A program made the translations under genes and the position numbers. Below, piece after piece: positions 25,724 to 26,154 of a stretch of 26,154 bases of DNA. The stretch comes from a virus (taxonomy: Duplodnaviria > Caudoviricetes). The stretch is taken from positions 1-26,154 of the IMG/VR virus record IMGVR_UViG_3300028586_000768, one strand, 5' to 3'. The notes under the pieces were generated by a model. The model had not been told where the DNA came from. It did not search any database and saw nothing but the letters and a program-made list of their open reading frames with translations. Every line of letters starts with the position of its first letter. Position 1 is the stretch's first letter.

Positions 25724-26154
25724 ATCGTTACGCCCTCATCGTAAATTGAAGTGGTCTGGGCCGGCTCAGGGTTCAGCGCCATCAGCTGGACGGCATTGAA
25801 CAGCGCCATCAGCGGGTCGATCTTGCCGGTGCCGGAGGCTTGCTTGGTGATCAGGGCGGCGTTACCGCGCGGCTCGATCTTGGCGTTACTGACGCACCAG
25901 TTCATGAGTGGCTGTCCGCCGTGCAACAGCACGCCCTCGGCCAGCTTTCGCTCGGTGACACTGATCGCGCCGATTAGCTTCCAGCCCTGCGAGATGCCGA
26001 AGCACTTCTTCTCGTCGATTTCAGCATCGATCAGCGCCTGGAACATGACCTTGTGGGTCTTCTCCGGGTCAAGGCCGACTGAAGCGAGCAAGCCGGACTC
26101 GTTCACTTCCTTGACCACAGCTGCGACCGCGGCGACATCGCCAGGGAGCTGCTC
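25720..26154 (-). CDS. Terminase large subunit, C-terminal nuclease part (truncated by window edge)
   Basis: VGLDP, ISQGWKL, LMNWCVSNA, KIDPLMALFNA; frame open to the window end. Confidence 0.93.
   Translation of the reverse strand, partial: EQLPGDVAAVAAVVKEVNESGLLASVGLDPEKTHKVMFQALIDAEIDEKKCFGISQGWKLIGAISVTERKLAEGVLLHGGQPLMNWCVSNAKIEPRGNAALITKQASGTGKIDPLMALFNAVQLMALNPEPAQTTSIYDEGVTI

Larger units (their letters stand above)
858..26154 (-). mobile_element. Prophage (siphovirus) late/structural and lysis region
   Basis: Canonical order terminase-portal-protease-capsid-neck-tail-lysis; no att site or integrase in the window, so boundaries are unknown. Confidence 0.93.

Overview
A lambdoid/HK97-type siphovirus prophage late operon, almost entirely on the - strand, in a GC-rich host (betaproteobacterial is my guess). 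From right to left: terminase large subunit (partial), small membrane protein, portal, S49 protease, major capsid, an accessory block (FN3-like fibre, SGNH esterase, adaptor), head-tail joining genes, major tail protein, tail chaperones with a -1 frameshift, a moron slot (higBA, a ~210-bp non-coding repeat element, a secreted protein), a 1950-aa tape measure, a very short tail-tip module, lysis cassette, an HTH-metallophosphoesterase and small genes, one under a LexA box. The standout is 13225-13434: two arrays of 5-nt GGY-NN units (- strand), each followed by a hairpin. Read as a gapped code (NN, skip 1 nt), the variable dinucleotides of array 1 match 10/10 dinucleotides (20/20 nt) at 15222-15250 in this phage's own major tail gene, skipping exactly the codon wobble positions. 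Array 2 matches 7/10 dinucleotides at 14759-14787 in the neighbouring tail chaperone gene, in the opposite orientation. This looks like a non-contiguous guide-RNA array; I see no effector gene for it in the window.
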